A stretch of 64,000 bases of DNA, from NCBI GenBank assembly GCA_964016885.1, contig OZ024740.1:175522001-175586000 (forward strand). Direction: 5' to 3'. Position 1 is the first letter of the stretch. Every line of letters begins with the position of its first letter. Under the pieces are notes generated by a model, which saw nothing but the letters and a program-made list of their open reading frames with translations, did not search any database and had not been told where the DNA came from. Below are positions 14,984 through 30,102 of the stretch, one piece after another. A program made the position numbers and the translations under genes. The stretch is from Eledone cirrhosa. Lineage: Eukaryota.

Positions 14984-15297
14984 ATTTTCCCTTGTATAGG
15001 ACATAAAGTCCCACAGCCGGCAAATATATTCCCTTCAGCCAGCTAGTGCAGGATCGAATGGGGTCGTAAACGTACCTACACGTGAATTTGTCGTTAGTAG
15101 AAGCGGGAGTAGCATAGACGTGTTGTCTGCCACACCCCTAAAAATAGCAGCTAGCTAAAAAAGAAAAAAAGGATTTTTTTCTACACATGGGAGAATTTAC
15201 ATAAATGAGATCAATATCCCCACAGGTACTAAGTACCCTCGGAATTATATAGGGTGTCTATGATACAGTTGTTGTTCAATGTTATTAATTTGACATA

Positions 15298-15372
<75 letters not shown>

Positions 15373-15543
15373 TATATATATAAATTTCAGGTTATCAATA
15401 ATGTAGTGATAATATATCGTCACGTTAGAGATGAACAGCGTACGTGTAGGTTTGCTCAACGAGTATAAATTATATTCCGGAGAAAATGTAGAAAAGATGA
15501 ATATAAAATCAAAGTGCTTTTTTTTAAAAAGGAATTTAGTAGG

Positions 15544-15662
15544 TATTGACATATGTTTCTGTAACAGACGGAATACCTATGTATCGCTGCTTGCGTAATC
15601 ATATAATGTTAGCAAGTATTCGATAGCAAATATATAATCAGTTGTCACTTCTTCAGAAATAT
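15544..15662 (-). ncRNA. Hammerhead ribozyme with long stem II
   Basis: CTGAAGA-GTGACA..TGTTAC-GAAACATATGTC; stem I imperfect. Confidence 0.65.
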
Positions 15663-15832
15663 TGGATAAATTGGAAAAAAGCAGAAAAATTGAAGTATTT
15701 ATATTAGTTGTAATAAAGGAAGAAGAGAGGGGATAGTATATGACAGATGGCAATGCAATTTACTGGTAAACAAGTATATAAAGGGTTTCTAATGAGAATA
15801 CAATGAGTATATGGTTTATTTTATCTTATAAC

Positions 15833-16377
15833 AACTCTTATATGGCGAGCTTTGTGAAGGTAAGAGATAACCTCACAAACCAAAGCTCCGATTCAAGGAT
15901 TGTGTAAAGGTCTCATTTAAAAAAACTGGTTTGATGATGGCTCACTGGGAGATAGAAGCTCTTGAAAGAGAAACTTGGCGTGGAATGGTGAATGATGGGG
16001 TCCATAATGTTGAAGACAGACGCATAGAGCACTAGAAAATCAAACCGGATGTGCGTAAGCAATGCCCTGGTGTATCTCTCGAAATGATCGGTGTCTCCAT
16101 TGAATTGAAGTGCCCTGAGAGTGGGAAAATTTGCTTGAGCAAATCTGGTCTCAAGAGCCACAGTCGCTGCCATGTTCAAAGAGAACCAGCAAACTATGAT
16201 CTCTACGGTGTTGTGAGGATTCATGGGCAAGCTGATGCAGGACTTCAAGCCAGGGAGATCCATAGTTGTCGTCAGTGTGTGAAGGAGTGCAAGTCTGTAG
16301 CAGGCTTGAAAAGCAATATCCGAGCGTCCCACATCTGAATCTGACAAGCGATTGCAATACTCTTGCCAGAGTTTGCA

Positions 16378-16385
<8 letters not shown>
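15833..16385 (+). mobile_element. RTE (BovB-like) LINE 3' fragment with C2H2 zinc fingers
   Basis: QLLYGEL..KPKLRFKDCVK followed by CPESGKICLSKSGLKSHSRCH and CRQCVKECKSVAGLKS. Confidence 0.75.
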
Positions 16386-16463
<78 letters not shown>

Positions 16464-16557
16464 TTAGATAAAATATGCATGTATGTATGAGTTTCAGAAA
16501 ATCCCGTTAAGGGTGAAAACAAGGATTCTTTGCTTAAACTTCAATCTGTTATATATC

Positions 16558-16626
<69 letters not shown>

Positions 16627-17045
16627 GTGTGTGCGTGTGTGTGTGTGAGTATGTATATATATTTATATATATATATGTTTATATATATATGTATATATAT
16701 ATATTTATATATATATGTATATATATATATATGTATATATATGTATATATATATATATATATATCTATCTCCCTATATATATGGAGAAAAATGAAATTTC
16801 ATTTCTCACTCTTAGTACGGCTGATACTTAAATGTAAGTATGTATACGTACATACATATATGTATACGGATGTACAGTAGTATGTATATACATACATACA
16901 TACATGTACATATATATATATGTACGTATGGGTTTACGCAACATTTTTTATAATGCTCGGTTTGTTTGTAAACCGCAGCCCGAATTATTAGCCGTACAGT
17001 GTTCGGCAACCATCGCTGCCCTATTTGTTCAACGCCGACAAAGGA

Positions 17046-17088
17046 ACGATGGACTAGTTTCTAGCTTAGTAACTGTCATCAACACCGC
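17046..17088 (-). ncRNA. Minimal hammerhead (family B, U3-G8) in element 16780-17258
   Basis: GCGGTG-TTGATGA-stem II-GAAACTAGTC-CATCGT. Confidence 0.7.
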
Positions 17089-17262
17089 ATACCTTTCTGT
17101 CAGTTGATTGAACGTTTGAAAGTATATACTTTCCCCATGCATATTAACGGCTGAGCAGCCTAATTTGCATATCTAGTGAGTTAGTCGGCCGGGCGTACCG
17201 AAAACGATAAATGGAAAAAAATGATGAAATTTCATTTCTCACTCTTAGATACGATTGATATA

Positions 17263-17353
<91 letters not shown>

Positions 17354-17665
17354 CCTAAGAAAATATCTATATGCGTGTGTAATAAATACACGCATACATT
17401 TATTTTTGTAATTTCAATTGAGTTCTTAACACGTTGGATTGATAATATTTTTGAAAAAACTGATTAACCCGCGTGTATATTATTTTTTCTTTTATCGTGA
17501 ATCGTGGTTGTCTCCCTTTCCCGCTTCGTGACGCTATAATACTTCCTCAGTCAAAAACTGCTGGAATTTCAAATTTAGCGGTCATTCGATGCGTGAGGGA
17601 GCGGCTTAGCAGACACGATTTTTAACTGCGGTAGGAATTTTTTCTTATATCAAAGTTTAATGGGC

Positions 17666-17791
17666 TTCCACTGAAGATTTATAAGTGCCCACCTAAATAT
17701 ATTCTTACATGAATATATGTTAGGCTTCTACATAAACAGGGAAACATTCTCCCAATTTGTAGAAAACTTATAATGAAACAATTGTTTGGAA
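17666..17791 (+). ncRNA. Hammerhead ribozyme with branched ~95-nt stem II
   Basis: TTCCA-CTGAAGA-T-TTATAAGT..ACTTATAA-T-GAAACAATTGTT-TGGAA. Confidence 0.85.
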
Positions 17792-18657
17792 AGAGAGATA
17801 TATTTTAACTTTAAGTATATCTCATAAAATAATACAACTGGCTTTCCACAAAATACATATAGTTAGCACGCCAAACACTTAAATTGGGTTTATACAAACA
17901 TATAACCTAATGTTTGCTGAGTGAGATGGTTACCAGTCAAAGTTTAGCTTTAAGCTATCTCTGTTATTGTATTAAGTATTTTACTCTTGATTGGGCAGAG
18001 GTATTTATTTCCAGGTACCTTATAAATATGACTTTCCGTATTTATTACTATTATGGGATATGGTGGTTTTTTGGTTGTCACTTCTCTGTTTTTAGCCTAA
18101 GAAAATATATATATGCCTGTGTAAATAATTACATGCATACATTTATTTTTTTAAATTAATTGAGTTCTTAACACGTGGAATTGATATTAGTTTTGAAATA
18201 ACTAATTAACCCGCGTGTATTTAATATTTTACTCTTAATTCGGCCAGAAATTTATATTCCCAATTGCCCTTTAAAGCGTAACTTTCCGTATTTACTACCG
18301 TTATGAGATGCGGTTTGTTATTCAGGTACGACTTCTGTTTTTAGCCTAAGAAAATATCTATATGCGTGTGTAATTAATACACGCATACATTTATTTTTTT
18401 AATTTCAATTCAGTTCTTAACATGTTGGATTGATAATGTTTTTGAAAAAAACTGATTAACTCGCGTGTATATTATTTTTTCTTTTCTCGTGAATAGTAGT
18501 TGTCTCCCTTTCCCGCTTCGTGACGCTATAATACTTCCTCAGTCAAAAACTGCTGGAATTTCAAATTTGGCGGTCATTCGATGCGTGAGCGAACGGCTTA
18601 GCAGACACGATTTTTAACTGCGGTAAGAATTTTTTCTTATATCAAAGTTTAATGGGC

Positions 18658-18782
18658 TTCCACTGAAGATTTATAAGTGCCCACCTAAATATATTCTTAC
18701 ATGAATATATGTTAGGCTTCTACATAAACTGGAAACGTTCTCCCAATTTGTAGAAAACTTATAATGAAACAATTGTTTGGAA
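18658..18782 (+). ncRNA. Hammerhead ribozyme with branched stem II (unit 2)
   Basis: Same fold as 17666. Confidence 0.85.
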
Positions 18783-19645
18783 AGAGAGATATATTTTAAC
18801 TTTAAGTATATCTCATGAAATAATACAACTGGCTTTCCACAAAATACGTATAGTTAGCACCCCAAACACTTAAATTGGGTTTATACTAACATATAACCTA
18901 ATGTTTGTTGAGTGAGATGGTTACCAGTCAGAGTTTAGCTTTAGGCTATCTCTGTTATTGTATTAAATATTTTACTCTTGATTGGCCAGAGGTATTTATT
19001 TCCAGGTACCTTATAAATATGACTTTCCGTATTTATTACTGTTATGGGATATGGTGGTTTTTTGGTTGTCACTTCTCTGTTTTTAGCCTAAGAAAATATA
19101 TATATGCCTGTGTAAATAATTACATGCATACATTTATTTTTTAAAATAATTGAGTTCTTAACACGAAGAATTGATATTAGTTTTGAAATGACTAATTAAC
19201 CCGCGTGTATTTAATATTTTACTCTTAATTCGGCCAGAGATTTACATTCCCAATTGCCCTTTAAAGCGTAACTCTCCGTATTTACTACGGTTATGAGATG
19301 CGGTTTGTTATTCAGGTACGACTTCTGTTTTTAGCCTAAGAAAATATCTATATGCGTGTGTAATTAATACACGCATACATTTATTTTTTTAATTTCAATT
19401 GAGTTCTTAACACGTTGGATTGATAATGTTTTTGAAAAAACTGATTAACCCGCGTGTATATTATTTTTCTTTTCTCGTGAATCGTGGTTGTCTCCCTTTC
19501 CAGCTTCGTGATGCTATAATACTTCCTCAGTCAAAAACTGCAGGAATTTCAAATTTGGCGGTCATTCGATGCGTGAGCGAGCGGCTTAGCAGACACGATT
19601 TTTAACTGCGGTAAGAATTTTTTCTTATATCAAAGTTTAATGGGC

Positions 19646-19770
19646 TTCTACTGAAGATTTATAAGTGCCCACCTAAATATATTCTTACATGAATATATGT
19701 TAGGCTTCTACATAAACTGGAAACATTCTCCCAATTTGTAGAAAACTTATAATGAAACAATTGTTTGGAA
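19646..19770 (+). ncRNA. Hammerhead ribozyme with branched stem II (unit 3)
   Basis: Same fold; stem I TTCTA/TGGAA keeps pairing through U-G. Confidence 0.85.
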
Positions 19771-19951
19771 AGAGAGATATATGTTAACTTTAATTATATC
19801 TCATAAAATAATACAACTGGCTTTCCACAAAATACATATAGTTAGCACCCCAAACACTTAAATTGGGTTTATACTAAAATATAACCTAATGTTTGTTGAG
19901 TGAGATGGTTACCAGTCAGAGTTTAGCTTTAAGCTATCTCTGTTATTGTAT

Positions 19952-20192
<241 letters not shown>

Positions 20193-20321
20193 CAGCTTAT
20201 CCCCTAAAAATGCATGCAAAATTTGATTTCCTGTACAGGCAGTATACAGTAGAATGCAGTTGAGGTGTGTACACATTTATTGGGACACTGTATATATTGC
20301 AGCTACAACTTCGATTTATAT

Positions 20322-20363
<42 letters not shown>

Positions 20364-20761
20364 ACATACAGTGGCGGACTGGCCAGGTTGCCCAATAGCA
20401 AATGGGCCCCAGAGGGCCCCCGGTAGCATTGCAAGAGCCCACAGTAGCATTTTAGGGGCCAATGCTTTGCCTTTAAAAATACCTGAAATCTAAGAGAAGG
20501 AATAAAATAAAATAAAAAAATAAATAAAACAATTAAGCAAAACATTTGTGCAACAAATACCCTAGGGAATTAATAGAAACCAAAATATATGATAGTGCAA
20601 ATAGCTGGAATAAGTGGTTGTACTTTCAATTAAATCTAAATCTTAGTTTATTCATTCATGCATGCAAACATACATATATAGACACAGACACACAAGCATA
20701 TATATAATATTTGGTATCAATGGGTTAAAGACATCTGTCAAATCAATTAGTGGTGAAGGTG

Positions 20762-20859
<98 letters not shown>

Positions 20860-21173
20860 ATATACAAAAATGTAAGTCCAAAGAATCATTAGATAAAATA
20901 AAATATATACAGTATTTCCTCTCCCAATCAGTATAAATTAACCACACAAAAAATCATTTAAACGAGGCTATAAGTTTAAAATGTACTTATGAAGAAATAA
21001 TAGATAAATGATACATATTCTTTTCCGCGATGTACAGCTATATGACACTTACCTAGCCTGTAGATACACTCCTAGCCTGTAGAAATTGACTAGACAAATA
21101 GTTAACTACACGGAATTAGGTACAAAATTGAAGTTAGAAGAAAAAATGCACATAAATTTTACCAAAATTCTCA

Positions 21174-21259
21174 GTCTCTAGCAACCGGCGATTTCGTTCC
21201 ACTTTTTGGATATATCCGGTCTTGAATAAATCCACGAGGCTCGGAACTCATCAGGAGAT
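21174..21259 (-). ncRNA. Hammerhead ribozyme, stem III degenerate
   Basis: ATCTC-CTGATGA-GTTC/GAAC-GAAA..TA-GAGAC. Confidence 0.6.
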
Positions 21260-21824
21260 ACCTCAGATTGGACTAAGATTCTTCTACCATGATCCACGCC
21301 AGAAATGAATTCAAAATGGCTAAGAACCATCACGTGGCCAGTGGTCAACCTTACGGGAGATTATTAAATATAAAGGTTTACATATACATAAATTTATATA
21401 TGTTACAACCGGTCACTTTTTAGCTCTATGAAGAATTAATAAATTAAATACTCAGAGCAATATATTATTATAAATCATGTCTACAGAATTATTAGATAAA
21501 CAAAATATATACTCCATTTCTTCTGCCAAACAGCACAATCAACCATATAAAAAATCAATTATACTAAGCCATAAGGAAAAGAGAGACCGGTTGTAACATA
21601 TATAAATTTATGTATATGTAAACCTTTATATTTAATAATCTCCCGTAAGGTTGAGATTAAATTTGGCGATATTTGGCTGCGCTTTCGAGCGACAGGCCTA
21701 CACGCCGTCAACAGCCAATCACATTCTTTCCAACTTGACCACGGCCATAGTGTGATTCTTAGCCATTTTTGAATCCAATTTTGGCGCGATCGGCTTGGAA
21801 TACTAAGTGTCTATTTTTGAGTTT

Positions 21825-21902
21825 ATCTCCTGATGATTCCGAACTCAATGGATTTCCTATTAATAGGATATCTAAAAATACGGATGAAACCATGGTAGGG
21901 AT
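21825..21902 (+). ncRNA. Type I hammerhead ribozyme
   Basis: ATCTC-CTGATGA-T-TCCG/CGGA-T-GAAACCATGGTA-GGGAT. Confidence 0.85.
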
Positions 21903-22190
21903 TTAGTTACGGTATGTACACAGTTCTTCTATGTTTGATTTTACACCGAATTCGCATATGGTTAATTATGTACTTGGTCGATTTATGCATGCTGTCGAAA
22001 TGTTGAATAAATAACCTGGTGTGGATTCCGCGAAGAAGCCACTCTCGTTTGTTTGTCGGAGATTTCTTCATAGGAACTTTTATCCTCATGGCTTAGTATA
22101 ATTGATTTTTTATATGGTTGATTGTGCTGTTTGGCAGAAGAAATGGAGTATATATTTTGTTTATCTAATAATTCTGTAGACATGATTTAT

Positions 22191-22272
<82 letters not shown>

Positions 22273-22379
22273 ACATATATATATATGAAGTATTTCCGTT
22301 GGAAAAGTAAAAGAAAGGAGAGTGCTCTATGTATGCTACAGAGCTATTTGATTATGTAATAAACAACATAGGACAATTA

Positions 22380-22452
22380 TTCCATTTACTGGAGCTTTCA
22401 CGAAGACAGACGAGCTCAACACAGACGTCTGAAATCGCTCATCAGAATGAAA
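22380..22452 (-). ncRNA. Hammerhead ribozyme (inverted copy of 22726)
   Basis: CTGATGA, GAAA, GUA; weak stem III. Confidence 0.65.
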
Positions 22453-22725
22453 ATTTAATATGGACGTAAGATATGAATTTAAAAACAAAGGCTAAAACAA
22501 TTGAAAGCGAGGCTGATATATAATAAAATAAAGACAAGAAGTAAAATAAAATAACGGGAAAAAAAAAATATATATTACCCATAACCTTACGTTCTACTTC
22601 AGTATGTATATATTTATGTCCCGTTATTTTATTTTATTTCTCGTCTTTATTTTATCATATATCAGCCTCGCTTTCAATTGTTTTAGCCCTTGTTTTTAAA
22701 TTCATATCTTACGTCCATATTAAAT

Positions 22726-22798
22726 TTTCATTCTGATGAGCGATTTCAGACGTTTGTGTTGAGCTCGTCTGTCTTCGTGAAAGCTTTGGTAAATGGAA
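22726..22798 (+). ncRNA. Hammerhead ribozyme
   Basis: TTTCATT-CTGATGA-GCGA..AGACG/CGTCT..TCGT-GAAA..GTA-AATGGAA; weak stem III. Confidence 0.7.
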
Positions 22799-22836
22799 TA
22801 ATTGTCTTATGATGTTTATTACATAATTAAAAATAT

Positions 22837-22935
<99 letters not shown>

Positions 22936-22966
22936 CATGGTATGTGTGTATCTATATATATATATA

Positions 22967-23010
<44 letters not shown>

Positions 23011-23372
23011 TGTCTGTCTGTCTGTGTGTATGTGTGTGTGTGTGTGTATGCATGGTATGTGTGTATCTATATATATATATATGTGCACATACACTGCTCA
23101 GGAATTGTACAAAAAGGCTTATAAACGAAACAAAACACCCTGATGAAAATGGATAATAAAGACCTCGAAAATGTGACAGGAAGAAAACATACATGGAATA
23201 AAGATATAATATAGAACTACATGCTAGTATAATTATGTAGTATATACTAGTCTTTAGAGAGTGTGATGAAGAAAAGAAGCATTCAAGTGAGAGTAGACAA
23301 AGAAGACGTTCGATCGTAACGATATCTGAGGACGGAAAACAAGATATTATTATTGGTAGTATCGGTAAAGGG

Positions 23373-23533
23373 TAGGACGCCATGCTTTCTAGCATAGTTA
23401 CGTCCCTTTACGGTCTGAGTTCAAATCCCGTCGAGGTTAACTTTGCCTTTCATCCTTACAGGGTCGATGAAATAAAGTACCAGTAATGTAGTGGGTAATT
23501 GCTGGCCTTGTGCCAAAGGTAGAAACAATTATT
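23373..23533 (+). mobile_element. SINE family 1
   Basis: Near full-length match to other copies. Confidence 0.85.
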
Positions 23534-24436
23534 AGGAAGGAGAGTGATTTAAAACGGGTTTCCGCAAAGTTTCCATCTTCGAAATTCCCCTCACTTGTTA
23601 TGTGTCAACCTGAGGCTATAATAGAAGACACTTACACAAATTGCCATAGAGTGGTTATCTATAGAGCATTGAGCGACGAGAGATCTCTTCCACTCAGTCA
23701 GAAACCTATTGTCGGTCCTTCTCTTAGGTCAGACCCATGTCTGTAGGGTTTTCCTTCACAGACCGCAAATAAGTCTTGACATATCTGCCTCGTTCTCTAC
23801 GCCCTATTTCTAGATTCATTCAAAGGAATCCTTCACTGGTTTCTTCGGGGAGAAACGTAACATGTAACCAAGCATCAACCACCGTCACGTAGTGATGATA
23901 TCCCCTAGATTACTTAGCCACGCCCTTTCCATGATCCCTATATTTGTAATATTGTGACGCTAAACAATTCTAAATATTGTCATAAGGCAATGTTTATAGA
24001 AGTCATCTGTAAATCTATAGATTCTATTGATCTTTCCATGTCGCATAAACATAAGTCGCTATCACCACAACGATTGATGTTTACAGGGTGAGCTTTGTAC
24101 ATTAGCTGATGAATCAAATGGATTACACAGGCAACAGATGCTGAAGACTGCTGAATACTGCAAAATAGCTTTACCGAGTCTCTTTTCCACATCAATTCTT
24201 GCGTTACGCTCTATATCCTGGACATTCCCCGTCTGACCCCGGAGCTCGACTCGTTAATGTTGTGCCTCTCTAATAAGCATAACTTTGGTATTTTCAGTGT
24301 TGATCTAAAAACCAATATTTGAACTGCTGTTGGTAAGGATTCCCAGATCATTAAGGTCTGAGACCCCCTGTCCTTAGTTGAGGCCTTAGGCTACTTATAC
24401 TCCTATCTTTAACTGTTTCCCATTCATTGGGGTTCA

Positions 24437-24995
24437 ACAATATCTGTCTTGCTCAGAACATTGACCGCCTGGAAACTGTTCAGAGACGTGCAACCAAGCG
24501 AATACCCTCCATCAGGCATCTACCATACTCTGAGCGCCTTGCTTCCCTGGGCATGGATACATTGAAGCTCCGACGCCTGGCAACTGACTTGGTAAACACC
24601 CACAAAATTGTTAACCATCTTGCCAACAACAACCTTGAGTACCTTTTTGATTTCCATGTGTCTAACACACGTGGGCATGCCCACAAAGTCAGAAAACAGT
24701 ACAGTTCCCATGACTTTCGGAAACATTTTTTCACGCTCAGAGTTGCTGAAGCGTGGAACAAACTACCTGCATCGGTTATTAGCTGTCAAGACACTGCATC
24801 CTTTAAGGCCTCCATTCTTCCCGAGATTCGCCAACACTACACCTAATGTTCCCCCTCCATACACATACACACATGTATATCATGACTCATACACTATTCA
24901 CTTCCCTGACATTTGTGTATTATTCTATGTAATATACATACACCTTTGACGAGTTGTAGTGCATCTGAGCACTTTACACAATAATTTCATTATAT
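24437..24995 (+). mobile_element. CR1-group LINE 3' end
   Basis: LETVQRRATKRIP..NTRGH..FFTLRVAEAWNKLP then a 3' UTR ending TTTCATTAT. Confidence 0.85.
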
Positions 24996-25057
24996 ATTAA
25001 TATATATAATATCCCTTCATATATTCTTTCGATTATAATATCGATTGTAATATATTG

Positions 25058-25112
<55 letters not shown>

Positions 25113-25320
25113 ACACACACACACACACACCCACACACACACACTTTGTTTTTGTATTTGTTTTGTAAGATTTCCTATCTGAAAACGTGTGTTGCAACAG
25201 ACATTGTTATAATATAGGAGGGTCATGCTGCCAATGAAATCCCTTACCTGTTGGGTTTCACTTCAATTTATTATAAACTCTCGGTTAGTTTAATAAACGG
25301 ATGGTTTATTTAATTTTTGA

Positions 25321-25367
25321 TTGTCAAATCCCTTTTGTCACACATTCTGTGAACTCCTCAGTGACAA
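25321..25367 (-). ncRNA. Degenerate hammerhead (G12>A) within inverted-terminus element about 25145-25935
   Basis: TTGTCA-CTGAGGA-stem II-AAAA..TT-TGACAA. Confidence 0.5.
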
Positions 25368-25974
25368 CTTTTGTTGTTATATTGTGTCCCTCCTTTGATC
25401 TGTCCTACACCATCTTGTTTTTGTGAGCTGTGTACTTGGGCTGCGCATCCATTGTATCCGAGTTTCTGTGTGTGTTTGTGTTTGTGTGTGCTTTAATTAA
25501 TTAATTTATTTATTTTAACATATTTATTTGTATGCTCTATCTGTGTGTGTCTCTTTATCTAATTATTTTTTATTTTAGTTCTTGTGTGTCTCTGTATATT
25601 TTTATCTTGTCCTTAGTTACTACTTGTAAGGTTGTTACTATTCCACTTATGTTTTCTGTTTAGTTTTGGTTGGAGTTCTTTATATTTGTTGCTTCTGTAA
25701 TCTGAAGGAGCATTGGGTCTGTTCTGTGTTTGGATATGAGCAGTACTTCACCAATATTCCAGTATAAAACATTCGGGCACACTAGAGAACATCAAAATAA
25801 AGATCATATCCACACACATAAAAAAACCATCCGGTTATTAAACTAACCGACTGAGAGTTTATAAAAAATTGAAGTGAAATCTCACAGGTGCATGCATTTT
25901 TATTGGCCGCATGACCCTCCCAAAGTAATCAATATATATATGGTTACGTATATGTATGTGTCTATGTATATACC

Positions 25975-27862
25975 TTTTTTCAGAGTTTCTCTCTCCTAGA
26001 CAGGTGTTGTTACAACAACTGGGGGCCTTTCACTCCCATGTGGAAAAAAGAGAATACTATTTGGATGGCCGTTGACTATGCTGAGTTCCTCTGCCCTTTG
26101 CCGGGTCTTGCTTTTCATCCTGCAGGATGTCCAAATATCACCCTACACACCAAGCAGGCCTAGTGGGTTGCCGGCTTAGTCGCCGACGACTAGACCATGA
26201 GACAGGTTGTACTGGGTTACATGTTACAAGTAGCACTCGAGAGCGACCTGACATTAAAAAACCTGAGGCTTCGGAAGCATCTGATGATGTTGGCCAGTTC
26301 CTTTTTTCGGGTAGTGTTTTTGATGTACTGAGAGTGGGATTGGTCGAGTGCAAGGCCTTTTCCCACTTAAAAAAACCTGTTACAGGTTGGTGTGGCTGGC
26401 CGTAGCTTAAAAGTGCACCAGACTCTATGATGACAAATGATGACCTTGAAGTCAATGGCAGTAAGGGCTTTGGAACTTATTGTGAAGGGGTCTGGCTCGG
26501 TAGGTGTCCCCTAGCACCGCAGCGTGGGCCTGTTCGTCATTCTGCAATTGCGAATAGGTTCAACCCTATGAATATTGGGTGCTGGAATGTAAGAACTTAA
26601 CTTGATTCCCAATCCAGTGAAACTCGCCCTGAAAGAAGATCTGTTTTGGTGGCGAAGGAACTCAATCGCTTTAACATGGACATCGTTGCACTTTCAGAAA
26701 GTATATTAGCAGGTTAGGGTCAATTCACAGAACAGAAGGGAGGATATACCTTCTATTGGAGTGGTAGAGCAGAGGGTTGTAAGAGAGAGGCAGGGGTAGC
26801 ATTTGCTGTCAGGAATGGAATCGTCTCAAAGCTGCAATATCTTTTTTGTGGATTCAATGATCAGATAATGTCCATGAGAGACCCTCTGATTCAAAACCCC
26901 TTTGTGACTCTGGTCACAGTATACGCTCCATGTGCGCTAGTGATGATGAAAAACTAGCTTTCTACATGTCTTTGAAAGTATACCTTATGCAGACAAGATT
27001 GTCATACTTGGCGATTTTAATGCACATATTGGTAATGACTGGGAAGCTTCGAGTGTGATAGGCAAGCATGGAGTGGGAAACTGCAATAACAATTGCCTAC
27101 TTCTGCTGCAGATGTGCGCTGAAATAGATCTTGTTTTGGGGAACACGCTCTTTCAGCAGAAAGATAAATATAAGAAAACTTGATGCATCCAGGTTCCAAG
27201 AACCTATTTTAACAGACTTTGTTTTAACGAGGAAACGTGATGTCAGGAATATCACGTTGGCTCGTGTATTGCGAGGCACAGAATGTTGGACTGACCATCG
27301 TCTGGTGCGCGCCAAGTTTCAATTTGTTGTGAAGCTCAAAGTTAGTGGGAAGAAGGTTGCACTTCCAAGACGACTAAAGCTGAGCTGTCGAAATCTCTTC
27401 AGTCTATGGAATGTGAAAACACGTGGAAATCATTGAAGAAAACCGTCTGCGATGTCAGTGCTGGAGTTTTAGGTCATATCAACAGAAGCATAAGGATCAG
27501 TTCGATGAAAATGATGCAGAAATCCAGACCTTCTTTGAAGAGAAACAAAAAGTGCTGACATCATTGTTGTGTGAGACACGTTCTGACAAGAGTAACCAGA
27601 CCTTCAAGCAGATTAAGGCATGTGTATAACATCAATTGAAAGCCATGCAAGGTACCTTGTGGAGAACAAAGGCTGATGAAATCCAGAAAGCCTGAGATAG
27701 ACATGATACAAAGCTCTTATACAATCTGCTCAGGGAGGTGTAAGGTCCACAAATATCCCCACTTCGTTCCAAAGACGGCAAGAAAGAGAAATCCTGATCA
27801 GGTGGCATGACCAGATGAGCTCCCCAACAGACCATCAGAAATCGATGACGAGTTCATCCGGT
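25975..27862 (+). mobile_element. Decayed RTE LINE, 5' UTR + endonuclease + linker (3' part missing)
   Basis: MNIGCWNVRT..RPERRS..DIVALSE, GYTFYWSG, VILGDF, ECWTDHRLV; many stops and frameshifts. Confidence 0.88.
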
Positions 27863-28289
27863 CGATATATATATATATGTCAGTATACATATGTATGTAT
27901 GTACATACGTATTTATATATATTTTTCATTAGGTCAATTTGCTGCCAAGACAGACGCCAATTCTAGAGACCTGTTGTCTGAAGGTCACGATAACACGCAT
28001 GTAAGCACACACACAAACATAGACACACACAGACACACGCACATACACCCTAATATACTTTCTCGATAAGTATATTTCTGCCCCCTATCCATGATTGTCT
28101 AAAGCTGACCAGTCAGATACACTTGAATCCACATAGTGACACACACATACATATAAATATCCACTAAGTCAGATATCTAAACACACAATCACTCCATAAA
28201 AAAAAGCTTTGGTGAAAAGAATGTTTACAATTGGATAAACAATGTATGCCCTTATTTGGACAAACACACAGACACACACACTCACACAC

Positions 28290-28390
<101 letters not shown>

Positions 28391-28626
28391 TAAATACATA
28401 CATATATATATACATACATATAGGAAAAGTATGACCCCGACGGCATATATATATACATATATATATATATGTGTACATATATATATAAATATATATATAT
28501 ACATATATATACATATATGTATATATATATATATATACATATATTTATATATATACATATATATACATATATATACATATATATTTATACATATATATAC
28601 ATATATATATATACATATATATGTAC

Positions 28627-28657
<31 letters not shown>

Positions 28658-28724
28658 CACATATATATATACATATAGATATATACATATATATATACAT
28701 ATACATATATATATATAAATATAA

Positions 28725-28772
<48 letters not shown>

Positions 28773-29545
28773 ATATATATATATATATATACATATATAC
28801 ATATATATATATATATACATACATATATATATATATATAACACACACACAAACACAAACACACACACACACCTATATATATATATATATGAGTATATATA
28901 TATATATATATATATATATGAGGCATGACATGTAAATTTATTACACAATGTCAGTGGGTGAATAAACTATTACATTATCATATCTTATCTATGTTATTCA
29001 ATAAAGCTGTTTGGAAGCTGAGCAATAATAATAAGAACGTCACCACCACCACTACCACCACCAAAACCACTACCATCCCAACCACCAACAACACCAACAC
29101 CATCGCCAGTACCAATACCGCCACTATTAGCAGCAGCACTACCACAAACCTCAGAACCGCCACCACATAACATCTCAACCAGAAAGAAATTATGCCTTAA
29201 CATGACGTAATATGAATTAGAAAACAATAAAAATAAGACCGGCAATTTTACAGCAATTCACGCTTGAAGTGCATTGGGCACACTATCAAGCTTTGTAAGT
29301 GTGTTAGTTTGAGATGAGAAGCAATTTAATGTGTTAATAGTATATATGTATACATTTACACATAAACATATTCATAAACATACATACTTGTATTTATAGT
29401 TAGACACATACAAACATGCACATATGTACACGCACACACAAACACACACATATGTGTATAAAAAACGAATCAGAAATGATAAGGCAAGCAGCACAGTACA
29501 AGTAAGAAATATATCAGTTTAAGCTCCATAAAGTAGGAAAAGAGA

Positions 29546-29580
29546 CCTAACGTTTCGGACACTAGTCCTTCATTAGAAGA
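29546..29580 (-). ncRNA. Degenerate minimal hammerhead (G5>A); related copy at about 61358-61393
   Basis: CTAATGA-A-GGAC-TAGT-GTCC-GAAACGTT-AGG. Confidence 0.55.
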
Positions 29581-29990
29581 TAGAATGAGAAAGATAGTAG
29601 ATAGTGTGAAGAGGAAGGAAAGGAAACATTTTATTTTAGAAAAAACGTGTGTATTCAATCAGCCATTTTGGAATATATATACATGTATGTGATAGGCGCA
29701 GACATGCCTGTTTGCTAAGAAGTCTGCTTCGCAACACCGTGGTTCTGCATACGGACGCAGACACAGGAACAGATCGCTCGTGACTTTGAGACAATCTAGT
29801 TAAGTTCCCTTCTGAAAGTTCACTCTGTAACTTTCCCCCTCCTACCCCAACTACTTCACCAATTTCTCCACTTAGGACACCCCTTCTAAAGAAATAGCCT
29901 TTGGAAATAACTGAAAATGAACAAATTATACAGTTATCTCTTCGCCGTTCAAACGGCATGAACTCAGCCGTCGGGCACTAACTATTTGCA

Positions 29991-30102
<112 letters not shown>

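Larger units (their letters stand above)
20870..22197. mobile_element. Family C composite: two diverged HHR units in inverted orientation
   Basis: 21346-21415 inverted at 21585-21652; 21465-21575 inverted at 22085-22197. Confidence 0.7.
22287..22837. mobile_element. Foldback element with two HHRs
   Basis: About 210-bp inverted arms 22350-22560 / 22620-22830; tail on the left. Confidence 0.8.

Noticed and set aside
20369-20470. CAGTGGCGGA.. GC-rich patch as a hAT/Tip100 terminus
   Set aside because: No matching second TIR or TSD found
23135-23185. CTGATGA..GAAA (similar case at about 41128)
   Set aside because: No stem II or stem I pairing
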